Shown in pieces: positions 1 to 9,022 of a stretch of DNA of 64,000 nt. Position 1 is the stretch's first letter. Each line of letters opens with the position of its first letter. A program made the translations under genes and the position numbers. The notes under the pieces are model-generated. The model was not told where the DNA came from, did no database searches, and was given only the letters and a program-made list of their open reading frames with translations. This stretch comes from an uncultured virus (IMG/VR IMGVR_UViG_3300037963_002079) (Duplodnaviria; Heunggongvirae; Uroviricota; Caudoviricetes). The stretch is from the IMG/VR virus record IMGVR_UViG_3300037963_002079; one strand, 5' to 3'.

Positions 1-140
1 CACATACTTTGTATGTTCATTCTTATTACATATTGGACATATTTATCTAAACTTACGAACACACACACAACTAACATTAGGTGTTTCAAGTAAAGACAAT
101 GTCCTTTTTTTGCTTAAATATTAACTTAAATATATATATT

Positions 141-362
141 ATGAACTTATTTGTTATTTCTTTCTTTACCGCAATTGGATACTTTATTATTATGTACAAA
201 ATGTTGGGTAGAGAAAAACTTGTTAAAACACAGGTATTGTGGGACATAGTGTTTACACTTGGTTTACCAATACTATTCATTGGAACATTTAGTGGTCTAG
301 CTACCGCTGTTATGGCTGGTGTACTATTCTCTATCTTCACCAGTTTATTACCTAAGTCTTGA
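141..362 (+). CDS. small multi-pass membrane protein, early region
   Basis: Hydrophobic ORF with about 3 TM-like segments; ATG at 141 after an A/T-rich leader is preferred over the GTG at 81. Confidence 0.6.
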   Translation: MNLFVISFFTAIGYFIIMYKMLGREKLVKTQVLWDIVFTLGLPILFIGTFSGLATAVMAGVLFSIFTSLLPKS

Positions 363-600
363 AACTTCGTTTCTAGATTTTATTACTAATTACATATATA
401 TGTGTGGCCCAATAACACCAGAGTGACTAAGTAACTACGACTAAAACTCAAACACAATATATGTCTAATAATATATTAGGTTAATAATATAGGTCGAGTT
501 GACACTTGTAAAAAGAATAAATGTCTTTAAAGTAAATAATTTACGAGTGTCTTCTCTTCCTTTTGCAATTAAATAAATGTATAAACAAAATTAAATAATT

Positions 601-843
601 ATGAAAACTATAAGTATAATAGTAGCGATACTATTGGGTATAGGTATATCTAATACCCAAAAACAAAACATTGTATGTGTAACAGATTATGAATATAATG
701 TAGATACAATCTATACAGATACTATCTATAAATTTAGTATGGATAGTACATGGTTGTATATACACAAACTTTGTAGACATAAATTAATTATTAATCAAGA
801 TACAGTTATAAAATTAGATACAGTATGGACAAAAAAACAGTAA
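601..843 (+). CDS. hypothetical protein with signal-peptide-like N-terminus
   Basis: MKTISIIVAILLGIGIS N-terminus; repeated DT[IVW] motifs. Confidence 0.55.
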   Translation: MKTISIIVAILLGIGISNTQKQNIVCVTDYEYNVDTIYTDTIYKFSMDSTWLYIHKLCRHKLIINQDTVIKLDTVWTKKQ

Positions 844-1016
844 GTAAAATGAAATCGTTTCAAAAAATATTAAATGTTATAGGTGATAGTACTACAAAAC
901 ATCATCAAGATGTAGCTTATATAATGATAGAAAGATTTGGTAATTTGTTTTACGATGAATCATTAACAGAAATATTATTAGAAACAGCTAATAAAACATT
1001 CGGTTACACAGATTAG
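825..1016 (+). CDS. hypothetical protein
   Basis: 63-aa ORF overlapping the previous gene, followed by a hairpin. Confidence 0.55.
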   Translation: MDKKTVSKMKSFQKILNVIGDSTTKHHQDVAYIMIERFGNLFYDESLTEILLETANKTFGYTD

Positions 1017-1035
1017 AACACTTTGTGTTCTTTTT
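1015..1035 (+). terminator. hairpin plus T-tract (intrinsic terminator or hairpin promoter)
   Basis: agaacac-ttt-gtgttct followed by tttt. Confidence 0.5.
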
Positions 1036-1070
1036 ACATTATTAATAAGTATTAATTTAAATAAATAAAA

Positions 1071-1418
1071 ATGGCAAAAACAAAAAAAGTTACAAAAAAA
1101 GTAGAAGCAGAAACTACTAAGAAACAAGGTAAATTAGTTCCTAACATTAAAATTGCACCACACACATTTAAGAATGGGACTACAATATTAAATATCAGTT
1201 GTAAAATACCTGACTTTATAGACTTCTTAAGAAACAACGCAGTAGTCGGTAAAGACGGTAGTTCGTGGGTTAATATGAAAGCTCTACCATCTTCACAAAA
1301 TGATAGATACACAGTTATATTAAACGATTATTTTCACGATGCACAACAACTTGCAGACCAAGTATTTAGTGAAGACTTCGAATTAGAAAGTAGAAAACAA
1401 GAAAACAAAGTTTCTTAA
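1071..1418 (+). CDS. hypothetical protein, possible small ssDNA-binding-like protein
   Basis: 115-aa ORF; basic N-terminus, WVN motif, acidic C-terminal part. Confidence 0.6.
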   Translation: MAKTKKVTKKVEAETTKKQGKLVPNIKIAPHTFKNGTTILNISCKIPDFIDFLRNNAVVGKDGSSWVNMKALPSSQNDRYTVILNDYFHDAQQLADQVFSEDFELESRKQENKVS

Positions 1419-1473
1419 TAATTTACTTAAATTTCACACTATGATTTGTCCATTTAGGACCATTGAGTGTGTA

Positions 1474-1507
1474 GAAGAGAGAGTCCATGTGACTCTTTCT
1501 TTTTTCT
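1474..1507 (+). terminator. intrinsic terminator
   Basis: agagagagtc-catgt-gactctttct followed by a T-run. Confidence 0.7.
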
Positions 1508-1569
1508 TACAAGTCTTTCAGACTTGGTGTTTTATTCTCTATTACTATTAATCCCTTAAATTTATATTT

Positions 1570-1935
1570 ATGAACAAACAACTAGAACTAACTGATGATT
1601 ACATTAAAAAATTAAAAACACTATTGCGTATGAAAAAAATTACTTCTTACGATGTTGCACACGCATCTTTTCGTAAAGCTAACCAACACTGTATAATCAG
1701 TTCAGTAGACAAAACAAAACTAGTAATTACTTATCTTAATGGTGATACGAAAAAGTTTTTATCTTTTAATAAACTTATGTCTGAAGTACAAATAGTAAAT
1801 AAATGGTATAAGTCAGCTAGAAGAAAGTATATAAAAAGATATTACAAAGTAATAACTAAATGGAACAATAGGCACCAAACCAAAGAACCTATTGAAAATA
1901 AAATTGAAAAATTAATCTTAAAGTATAATGTATGA
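1570..1935 (+). CDS. hypothetical basic protein
   Basis: 121-aa ORF in a tightly packed operon. Confidence 0.6.
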   Translation: MNKQLELTDDYIKKLKTLLRMKKITSYDVAHASFRKANQHCIISSVDKTKLVITYLNGDTKKFLSFNKLMSEVQIVNKWYKSARRKYIKRYYKVITKWNNRHQTKEPIENKIEKLILKYNV

Positions 1936-2099
1936 TTGTAACTGAAGAGTTAAAACTAAAATCTAACATAAGAACAAGGTGTGCAAGAATTATTGCCACC
2001 TTGAATTCACCTTATGAACAACAAACAGTTGAACAACTTATTAAAGAAACTGAAAAATTAGTAAAATATTGTATGTATAACCAAATAGATAATAAATAA
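1932..2099 (+). CDS. hypothetical protein (55 aa, not in ORF track)
   Basis: MIVTEELKLKSNIRTRCARII...QIDNK*; ATGA overlap with the upstream stop and fills the gap to 2100. Confidence 0.6.
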   Translation: MIVTEELKLKSNIRTRCARIIATLNSPYEQQTVEQLIKETEKLVKYCMYNQIDNK

Positions 2100-2471
2100 A
2101 TGGAAACTAAAGAACAATTACAAACAAAAATTGAAACATTAGAATCACAAATTAATAATCTTACACACTCGCTTAACAGAGAGAAAAAAGTTTTGGAAGA
2201 TATTAACAAACCTGTATTAAGTCGTAAGGTTTATGACCTTATTTCAGACGCTGTAAAAAATGCGTTATATGATGTAAGTTTTTCAGAACAAGATTTTGAT
2301 TATGAACTATCTATGGAATATGATAATAGAGTAGAAATATCTCACATGTCATTTAACGAACATGATAGTTTAATTGATGATGTTATACGTCATATAGATA
2401 ACATGTTTAAAGTAGAAGAAGAAGAAGAAGAAGTAGAATTAGTAGAATCAAAGTTAGATTATGAATCTTAA
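2100..2471 (+). CDS. hypothetical acidic coiled-coil protein
   Basis: 123-aa ORF; heptad-like N-terminus, poly-Glu near the C-terminus. Confidence 0.65.
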   Translation: METKEQLQTKIETLESQINNLTHSLNREKKVLEDINKPVLSRKVYDLISDAVKNALYDVSFSEQDFDYELSMEYDNRVEISHMSFNEHDSLIDDVIRHIDNMFKVEEEEEEVELVESKLDYES

Positions 2472-2655
2472 TTACGAAGATTGGTATAAATCTACATATC
2501 AACATTGTGACGACCCTACAGAACACGATGAAGTAAAAAAATACACAGAAGATAATGTAGAATTAAATATGTGTTTAGATTATTTAGACGAACACAATAT
2601 GTTAGAAGATTTTTTAATATGGGTAAATAAAAATTATGAATATGAAAACGACTGA
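2461..2655 (+). CDS. hypothetical acidic protein
   Basis: 64-aa ORF overlapping both neighbours. Confidence 0.55.
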   Translation: MNLNYEDWYKSTYQHCDDPTEHDEVKKYTEDNVELNMCLDYLDEHNMLEDFLIWVNKNYEYEND

Positions 2656-3517
2656 ACAAATTTTAAATGAATGTAATCTTAATTGGAATGTGGTTAAAAA
2701 ACCACTTATATACGCTGGTGAGTGTACTCCAGAAGCTAATAATGGTTTGCATAAAACTGATTATTATGGTATTGTACGTGAAGATACTGGTGAAGTATTT
2801 ACTACAGTAAAAGAAGGTTATACACCTACACAAAACAGTACTATTATAGAAACTATGCAAAATATAGCTGGTAATAATGACTTAATAATTACTAAAGCTA
2901 TGTCTATTAATGGTGGTAGAAAAATACTTGTACAAATGCAAAAACCAAACAACAATGTAACTATTGCTAATCAAGATACGAAACAATATGTATACGCAAT
3001 TAATTCACATGACGGTACATCAGCACTTAAATTTGGATTTATGAATACTGTAATATTTTGTCAAAATCAGTATAGTTGGTTAAATAGCAATGGTCTTAAA
3101 GGTTATGTACACAAACAATCTATACAAGATAAAGTAAAAGATTTACCTACAATATTAAATTTTGACGGACAAGAAGAACGTATTGCAAAACTACATGAAA
3201 TGAGTTTTAATCCTGTAACCGCTAAAGACATTATTGGACTTATTGATTATCTAACTGGTATGGATTCTACACAATATGGTTGGGCTGATAACTACACTAC
3301 AAGAAAAATGAACATCAGAGACCATTTACATATGTGTATATCTAGAGAAACAGATAGACTAGGTAGAAACAAATGGGGTTTATTTAACGGTGTAACTATG
3401 TATACAACACATTATAAGTCTGTTCCAAATAGAGAAAACGGTAGAGAAGAATCTATATACACAGGTACAGGACAAAAAATGTGTGATAATGCATTTAATT
3501 GGTTATCAAAAAATTAA
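2636..3517 (+). CDS. DUF932 family phage/plasmid protein
   Basis: LNWNVVKKPL, YTPTQN, NGGRK, NSHDGTSA, VIFCQN and WGLFNGVT motifs typical of DUF932. Confidence 0.85.
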   Translation: MNMKTTEQILNECNLNWNVVKKPLIYAGECTPEANNGLHKTDYYGIVREDTGEVFTTVKEGYTPTQNSTIIETMQNIAGNNDLIITKAMSINGGRKILVQMQKPNNNVTIANQDTKQYVYAINSHDGTSALKFGFMNTVIFCQNQYSWLNSNGLKGYVHKQSIQDKVKDLPTILNFDGQEERIAKLHEMSFNPVTAKDIIGLIDYLTGMDSTQYGWADNYTTRKMNIRDHLHMCISRETDRLGRNKWGLFNGVTMYTTHYKSVPNRENGREESIYTGTGQKMCDNAFNWLSKN

Positions 3518-3519
3518 CA

Positions 3520-3669
3520 ATGATAAAATTTTCATTAACAAAGTTCAAATATTTTTTAGACACAAGTGGATATGATATAATAGTATACAAAAAACTATTT
3601 TTATTTGTGTTTTATAAACATAAATCATTTGAAGAATTAGATGATGCAATAAAATATATTAATCAATAA
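3520..3669 (+). CDS. hypothetical protein (49 aa, not in ORF track)
   Basis: MIKFSLTKFKYFLDTSGYDIIVYKKLFLFVFYKHKSFEELDDAIKYINQ*. Confidence 0.5.
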   Translation: MIKFSLTKFKYFLDTSGYDIIVYKKLFLFVFYKHKSFEELDDAIKYINQ

Positions 3670-3673
3670 TAAT

Positions 3674-3849
3674 AAGAGAGTATAGTACGAACATAAGTAC
3701 CGCCCCACTACGTGTAGTTAGAAGACGCTACTATAGAAGGTCCTGATAAAACGGATGCACTTATTGAAGGAAGACTAGTTAGTACTTTACTGCAAATATG
3801 GTGAGCAGTTTAGGATAAGTGTGAATCAACGGCAAGTCTATACTCTCTT
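3674..3849 (+). ncRNA. putative structured non-coding RNA of unknown family
   Basis: Intergenic, about 40% GC by hand count inside very AT-rich flanks; perfect 12-bp closing stem and nested inner stems; strand assumed from operon context. Confidence 0.55.
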
Positions 3850-3873
3850 TATTATAAATATAAATTGTGAATT

Positions 3874-4029
3874 ATGACTAAAGATATAAATTTTTATATA
3901 GAATGTTTGAAAAGAGAATTAAATAAACCTTTAAACAAACAAGACTTTATGTATATGAGACATTTAGATAAAATTATTAATAAACTCAAATATGACAAAA
4001 TTAGTAGATACACCAAAAAATCAACATGA
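3874..4029 (+). CDS. hypothetical protein (51 aa, not in ORF track)
   Basis: MTKDINFYIECLKRELNKPL...KKST*. Confidence 0.45.
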   Translation: MTKDINFYIECLKRELNKPLNKQDFMYMRHLDKIINKLKYDKISRYTKKST

Positions 4030-4246
4030 AGCTGTCTTATGGCATCTTAATGAATATAATCGTATAACATCATGGGAAGCAATAAAAGAATATGGAGCTA
4101 CAAGATTATCAGCTATCATATATAATTTAAGAAATGATGGATATATAATTGACACAAATATGAAAACTTCTATTAATAGATTTAATAGAAAAGTAAATTA
4201 TTCAGAATATGTATTAATCGCTAAAGGCGGAAAAGTAAAATTATGA
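3992..4246 (+). CDS. helix-turn-helix DNA-binding protein (HTH_39-like)
   Basis: ITSWEAIKEYGATRLSAIIYNLRNDGY motif. Confidence 0.75.
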   Translation: MTKLVDTPKNQHEAVLWHLNEYNRITSWEAIKEYGATRLSAIIYNLRNDGYIIDTNMKTSINRFNRKVNYSEYVLIAKGGKVKL

Positions 4247-4515
4247 CAGGACAAGAAGTTGAAGAATATTTAACAGCAACATACGGGGTGTGTAGACATA
4301 ACCCTGATTATCTAGCAGAAGCTATAAATCAAACACAACTAGATATAGACTACGAAAATGACTGGGATTTATTTCGTTTATTAGTAGAAAACGAACCTAT
4401 ACCATCTTTACATACACACAGTTATGGTTTTCATACTGCAAACGGTAGAGGTATTATAGAAAAAATTAAAAGTTATTATTATGAATACGAAAATTTAGAA
4501 ATTTATGGAGAATAA
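4243..4515 (+). CDS. hypothetical protein
   Basis: 90-aa ORF overlapping the upstream stop. Confidence 0.6.
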   Translation: MTGQEVEEYLTATYGVCRHNPDYLAEAINQTQLDIDYENDWDLFRLLVENEPIPSLHTHSYGFHTANGRGIIEKIKSYYYEYENLEIYGE

Positions 4516-4699
4516 TTTTAATGACATGACTAATGCAAAATTAGTAGATTTAATTGTATTGATTGACCAAAAGGTTATTGATATAAAAAACTCTGGTATC
4601 GAAAACGATAAATTGACAGAGAAACAAATCGATAAATGGAAAACAATTAGAAAATCAATAATTAAAAGTTATAATGTATTATGGGAACAAGAAGTTTAA
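4505..4699 (+). CDS. hypothetical protein
   Basis: 64-aa ORF overlapping both neighbours. Confidence 0.55.
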   Translation: MENNFNDMTNAKLVDLIVLIDQKVIDIKNSGIENDKLTEKQIDKWKTIRKSIIKSYNVLWEQEV

Positions 4700-5100
4700 C
4701 AAAAATAATAGAAAAATGTGATGATGGTTCTAAAAAAACTATTACCACCATGTATCGTCAATATGACGGTTATCCTAGTGGACATGGTATAGAATTGGCA
4801 GAATGGTTATCAAAATATCATGTTGTAAACGGTATTAGTTTAAATGATACAAGATTGATAGCTAATGGTATGGATTGTTTAGCTGCTCAAATGTTTGCAC
4901 ATTTCAAAGATGGTCCAGGTGGTATATATTGTATGCGTCCTGACGCTAAAGACTATGGTGAAGAATATATTTATGAAATACTAGGTAATGATAGTGAAAA
5001 TCTATTAATTACAATACGTGATGTATGGAAGAAAAAAATTATATTTAAAGGTTCACCAGAACAATTATTAACTTTATATGAAAATGTAGAAACAAATTAA
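4681..5100 (+). CDS. conserved phage protein (MGTRS...YDGYP family)
   Basis: MGTRS start, MYRQYDGYPSGHG, NGMDCLAAQ and EEYIYEI motifs. Confidence 0.7.
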   Translation: MGTRSLTKIIEKCDDGSKKTITTMYRQYDGYPSGHGIELAEWLSKYHVVNGISLNDTRLIANGMDCLAAQMFAHFKDGPGGIYCMRPDAKDYGEEYIYEILGNDSENLLITIRDVWKKKIIFKGSPEQLLTLYENVETN

Positions 5101-5114
5101 TAATATAAATATTT

Positions 5115-5143
5115 GGGGGTCTTTGACCCCCTTTTATTTTTTT
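5115..5143 (+). terminator. intrinsic terminator ending the early operon
   Basis: gggggtc-ttt-gaccccc followed by ttttatttttt. Confidence 0.8.
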
Positions 5144-5172
5144 ATAGTATATTTACCGTCCCAAAAACAATT

Positions 5173-6450
5173 ATGGATACAAACAATATAGAACAAATAC
5201 TATTAGGTAAATTAATACTAGAACCAGAATTATTAGAAAAATATAATTTTCACGTAGATATATTTCAAACTCCACTAAATAAAGAAATATATACAATTAT
5301 AGATAAGTATAAACAAAATGGTACTACTATTGATATTATTACAATCAGTAAAAAATTAAATCATTTAGATAATTGTACATCGTATTTGTCATCATTATTA
5401 GACAAAGGTCATATATATGCCGATGTACAATCATTGATTTTAGAATTAGACGAAATATCTAAAACTAATAAATTATTACATATAGCACAAGATATTGATA
5501 ATAGTGTATCAAATCATAAAACTACAAGTGCAATAATGTATGAAATACAAAAAAACTTAGAAGGTATAAATGATAACACTACACAAGAGTTATCAAGTCT
5601 ATCTGATTTGTTAAAAAATACACTTGAAGATATTAATAAACGAATGTCTACAGATGGATTGTTAGGTATAGCTACAGGTTTTGATAAAATAGATAAATTT
5701 ACAGGGGGATGGCAAGAGTCAGACTTAGTTATTATAGGTGGAGCATCATCTATGGGTAAAACTAGTTTTGCTCTTGCGTTATTATTAAACGCCTGTGTAT
5801 ATTCTAATTGTCCATCTGTAATATTCTCATATGAAATGAGTGGTACACAATTACTTAAACGATTAATATCTATGGAATCAGGTGTAAATAATTCGTATAT
5901 AATTAATGGTACGTTGGGTAAAGACGAATACTTACATGTCAATCAAGCTATAGCTAAAATAGAAAAGTTACCACTTAATATAGACGAATGTAATATAACT
6001 TCATTAAATTATCTTATTAAAAAAACAAAAGAATATGTACGTGTAAAAAATGTTAAACTTGTGTTAGTAGATTATTTACAACTGGTATCATACTCTAATA
6101 AAAACTCTACAAGAGAACAAGAAGTTAGTAAAGTTGCAAGAACTCTAAAGAATCTAGCAAAAGAACTTAATATTACAATCATAGCATTATCACAGTTAAA
6201 TCGTGGTGTTGGTATGCGTGCAATGGGTAAACCTACATTATCAGATTTACGTGAATCTGGTGAAATAGAACAAGCATCCGACGTTGTTATACTAATACAT
6301 AGACCTGAGTACTATGGAATAGAACATGACGATAAAGGAGAACCAACTAAAGGTATGGCTAACATAATATTTGCTAAAGGTAGAAATATAGGTGTTGGTG
6401 AAATACCACTTAGATTTAATAGTAGTTTAACTAAATTTGAAAATCTATGA
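5173..6450 (+). CDS. dnaB: replicative DNA helicase, DnaB family
   Basis: Walker A GGASSMGKTS, VDYLQL, LSQLNR, SDLRESGEIEQASD, AKGRN; start moved to ATG 5173 because the track's extension runs through a terminator. Confidence 0.95.
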   Translation: MDTNNIEQILLGKLILEPELLEKYNFHVDIFQTPLNKEIYTIIDKYKQNGTTIDIITISKKLNHLDNCTSYLSSLLDKGHIYADVQSLILELDEISKTNKLLHIAQDIDNSVSNHKTTSAIMYEIQKNLEGINDNTTQELSSLSDLLKNTLEDINKRMSTDGLLGIATGFDKIDKFTGGWQESDLVIIGGASSMGKTSFALALLLNACVYSNCPSVIFSYEMSGTQLLKRLISMESGVNNSYIINGTLGKDEYLHVNQAIAKIEKLPLNIDECNITSLNYLIKKTKEYVRVKNVKLVLVDYLQLVSYSNKNSTREQEVSKVARTLKNLAKELNITIIALSQLNRGVGMRAMGKPTLSDLRESGEIEQASDVVILIHRPEYYGIEHDDKGEPTKGMANIIFAKGRNIGVGEIPLRFNSSLTKFENL

Positions 6451-6599
6451 AAATACAAACTAAAATTATTCTTGCATTTGCATTATTAATGGTGTTTATA
6501 TATATATCATATACATTAATTTTATACACAGCTATTGGACTTATATTTATATATGGGTGTCAACATTTTGTCAATAAAGTTATGAAATATATAAAATAA
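6447..6599 (+). CDS. small membrane protein (50 aa, not in ORF track)
   Basis: MKIQTKIILAFALLMVFIYISYTLILYTAIGLIFIYG...; ATGA overlap with dnaB stop. Confidence 0.55.
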   Translation: MKIQTKIILAFALLMVFIYISYTLILYTAIGLIFIYGCQHFVNKVMKYIK

Positions 6600-6603
6600 A
6601 TGA

Positions 6604-6611
6604 TATATTTG
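6604..6611 (+). promoter_or_regulatory. Bacteroidetes sigma70 -7 element (TAnnTTTG)
   Basis: TATATTTG in the intergenic gap upstream of the recombination operon. Confidence 0.65.
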
Positions 6612-6636
6612 CGGACTCAATCACTTAAATAAATAA

Positions 6637-6885
6637 GTGTATAATATGAGAACTACTAAGTTTAAACAAATTATTAATGAAATATCACACGATTTAGGTG
6701 TAGAAAAACAACTGGTAAGAGATGTACTTATACTACTCTTTAAAGAAATTGCAATAACACTTATCCTGAAGGGTAAGCCAGTGTTGATAAGAAGATTCGT
6801 AAAACTTGTAATTGCATTACGTGGATTACGAAAAATCAAAGATGATATAAACAATGTGAAAACTAATGAAGATGAATCTAAATGA
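6637..6885 (+). CDS. HU/IHF-like DNA-binding protein (short)
   Basis: KQIINEISHDLGVEKQLVRDVL...IAITLILKGKPVLIRRF resembles the HU helical body; the beta-arm looks absent. Confidence 0.55.
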   Translation: MYNMRTTKFKQIINEISHDLGVEKQLVRDVLILLFKEIAITLILKGKPVLIRRFVKLVIALRGLRKIKDDINNVKTNEDESK

Positions 6886-7333
6886 ACTAAGAAAAGAACT
6901 ACCATTTAAATGGAGAGTACAATCTGCAAAATATGGTAAAGCTACATGTGTCGCTTACATAGACGCACGTGACGCACAAGATTTACTTGACGAAATAGTT
7001 GGACCTGATAAATGGTCTACAGAATACTATGAATCATGTGGTTTATTAATGTGTCGTGTAGGTATACATACAGATAACGGTTGGGTTTGGAAATCAGACA
7101 CTGGTTCTGAATCTAATGTTGAAAAACAAAAAGGTCACGCATCAGATGCGTTTAAACGTGCTTGTGTATCATGGGGTATAGGTAGATTTTTATACAGATT
7201 ACCAATACAAACTCTTAAAACTAAAGAATACAAAGGTAGAGAGTATCCATACGCACCTGAGAAAGATAAAATAATATTTGATGGTGACACATTGACTAAA
7301 TATATTAATTGGAAATTAAAAAATAATAAATAA
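6866..7333 (+). CDS. Rad52/Sak-family single-strand annealing protein
   Basis: AYIDAR...LLDEIVG, WVWKSDTG, KGHASDAFKRACVSWGIGRFLY. Confidence 0.9.
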   Translation: MKMNLNELRKELPFKWRVQSAKYGKATCVAYIDARDAQDLLDEIVGPDKWSTEYYESCGLLMCRVGIHTDNGWVWKSDTGSESNVEKQKGHASDAFKRACVSWGIGRFLYRLPIQTLKTKEYKGREYPYAPEKDKIIFDGDTLTKYINWKLKNNK

Positions 7334-7911
7334 TGAAAGTATTACCTTTTGACCTAAATACTACTAGTACGAAACCTAGTGGTAAACAAGAGTACATAAA
7401 ACCTGGTGCACATCAGTGTAAGGTTGTAAGTATTACAACATCTGACCTTATTGATAACTATAAAGGTTCACCATTTATTACATTTAATGTAGAAAGTAAT
7501 GGTAAACTTGGTAGAGTACAAATGTGGGCAGTAAAACAAACAGATAAACCATCTACACAAGATTGGAAAAAGAAACAAATGAAAGACTTTCTTGTAAATG
7601 CTGGTGTTACAGATTTTTCTGATGATTCTAAAGCTATGAATGATGTAATAGGTAAAGAACTTATGATTACATTTATATCAGAAGAATACGTAACTACTAA
7701 TAAAGAAACAGGAGAACCTGTTATACGTGAATCTGTAAAATATAGATGGAGTAATAAATTAGGAGCTAAGTGTGCATATAATTCTGATATGAACAAAAAA
7801 CTTTCTAATGAAGATAGAGGTAAATATCAAACTATGATGGAACAATATAATAGTGTTAGTTCCTCAGTAGAAAACGCAGACGGTAATACATTTGAAGACT
7901 TACCGTTTTAA
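7333..7911 (+). CDS. putative ssDNA-binding protein (DUF669-like)
   Basis: PGAHQCKV N-terminal motif, acidic EDLPF C-terminal tail, directly after the annealing protein. Confidence 0.65.
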   Translation: MKVLPFDLNTTSTKPSGKQEYIKPGAHQCKVVSITTSDLIDNYKGSPFITFNVESNGKLGRVQMWAVKQTDKPSTQDWKKKQMKDFLVNAGVTDFSDDSKAMNDVIGKELMITFISEEYVTTNKETGEPVIRESVKYRWSNKLGAKCAYNSDMNKKLSNEDRGKYQTMMEQYNSVSSSVENADGNTFEDLPF

Positions 7912-7923
7912 TTAATACTCTAT

Positions 7924-8292
7924 ATGGTAAACGAAATATTTATAAAGGGAAATGTTCCAAGTTCTAAGAATGGAAAAAGATGGACAGGGAAATATCTTAT
8001 ACATTCTAAAACTACTATGAAGTATATTCAAAATACAATGGAACAATACATGGAAAACAAAGAAGTATTCATATATTTAGTTAATAATTTGAAACCCCCT
8101 TATAACATTTCGTTTACCTTTTATAGAGGTTCTAGACGTAAGTTCGATTACATTAATCCTGCACAAACAGTACAAGATTTGATGGTTAGGTATCAATGGA
8201 TAGAAGATGACAACTGTGATTACATTATACCACACTTTAAACCATATGTATACGACAAAGAGAACCCTGGAGTAAAAATAGAAATATTATGA
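7924..8292 (+). CDS. RusA-like Holliday junction resolvase
   Basis: VPSSKN, RRKFDYIN, DLMV, IEDDN, DKENPGVKIEI. Confidence 0.8.
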   Translation: MVNEIFIKGNVPSSKNGKRWTGKYLIHSKTTMKYIQNTMEQYMENKEVFIYLVNNLKPPYNISFTFYRGSRRKFDYINPAQTVQDLMVRYQWIEDDNCDYIIPHFKPYVYDKENPGVKIEIL

Positions 8293-8723
8293 ATATATCA
8301 AGTATAAATCAATTTATAGAAGATTTTTGTGAATTACATGAAATTAGTAATCATGAATTATTTTCTAATAGAAGACATAGAGAGACAGTAGAAAAACGAA
8401 TGATTCTTGCATATTTCTTACGTAAAGGTACACAATTAAGTTGGTCACACATAGGTAAAATTATGAATAGAAATCATGCTTCTATGATACATTATGTAAA
8501 TAAAATTACAGATTTAATCGAAGGGTATCCATATATGAAAGAAATGTTTGATAAAACTAATAATTTATATGCAGAATATGAATTTAAACTTAAAGAACAT
8601 AATAATATATACCAAGAATTACTATCAGAAAATGATAAACTTAGAGCAAGAATTGATAGAAACGAAATTATGATTAAAGAAATTATAGATGATAAAAGAA
8701 AAAATTATTTATTAACGACATGA
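8289..8723 (+). CDS. DnaA C-terminal-domain-like HTH protein
   Basis: SNRRHRETVEKRMILAYFLR...SWSHIGKIMNRNHASMIH matches the DnaA domain IV pattern. Confidence 0.75.
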   Translation: MNISSINQFIEDFCELHEISNHELFSNRRHRETVEKRMILAYFLRKGTQLSWSHIGKIMNRNHASMIHYVNKITDLIEGYPYMKEMFDKTNNLYAEYEFKLKEHNNIYQELLSENDKLRARIDRNEIMIKEIIDDKRKNYLLTT

Positions 8724-9022
8724 CAAAAAAACAAACAAAAACTAAAATTAAAATACAAGGTAAAAACCACATGGTTCCTGTAGAGGTAAAAGATACTATA
8801 GACTTTCTTAGTAGAATTATTAGAGCTCACGAAGTAGCTTTACTTACATGGTGTCACAAAATATATAATAATAAAGCTGTAGATAAAAAAGATATAGATA
8901 CACTTTATGATGAAATGCATAAATATATTATGAGAATACCTGATGCAAAAAACATTTTAAAAGAAATGGAAAAAGTAGATGAAAACAATAAAGTTGTTAA
9001 AGATGAGTCTGACGCATCATAA
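8720..9022 (+). CDS. hypothetical protein
   Basis: 100-aa ORF with ATGA overlap. Confidence 0.6.
   Translation: MTKKQTKTKIKIQGKNHMVPVEVKDTIDFLSRIIRAHEVALLTWCHKIYNNKAVDKKDIDTLYDEMHKYIMRIPDAKNILKEMEKVDENNKVVKDESDAS

Noticed and set aside
3674..3849. Retron msr-msd or hammerhead ribozyme
   Set aside because: No reverse transcriptase in the window and no long msd hairpin; CUGAUAA does not match the CUGANGA core
5113..5172. N-terminal extension of DnaB in the ORF track
   Set aside because: Runs through a terminator hairpin and a promoter-like sequence; ATG 5173 is more plausible
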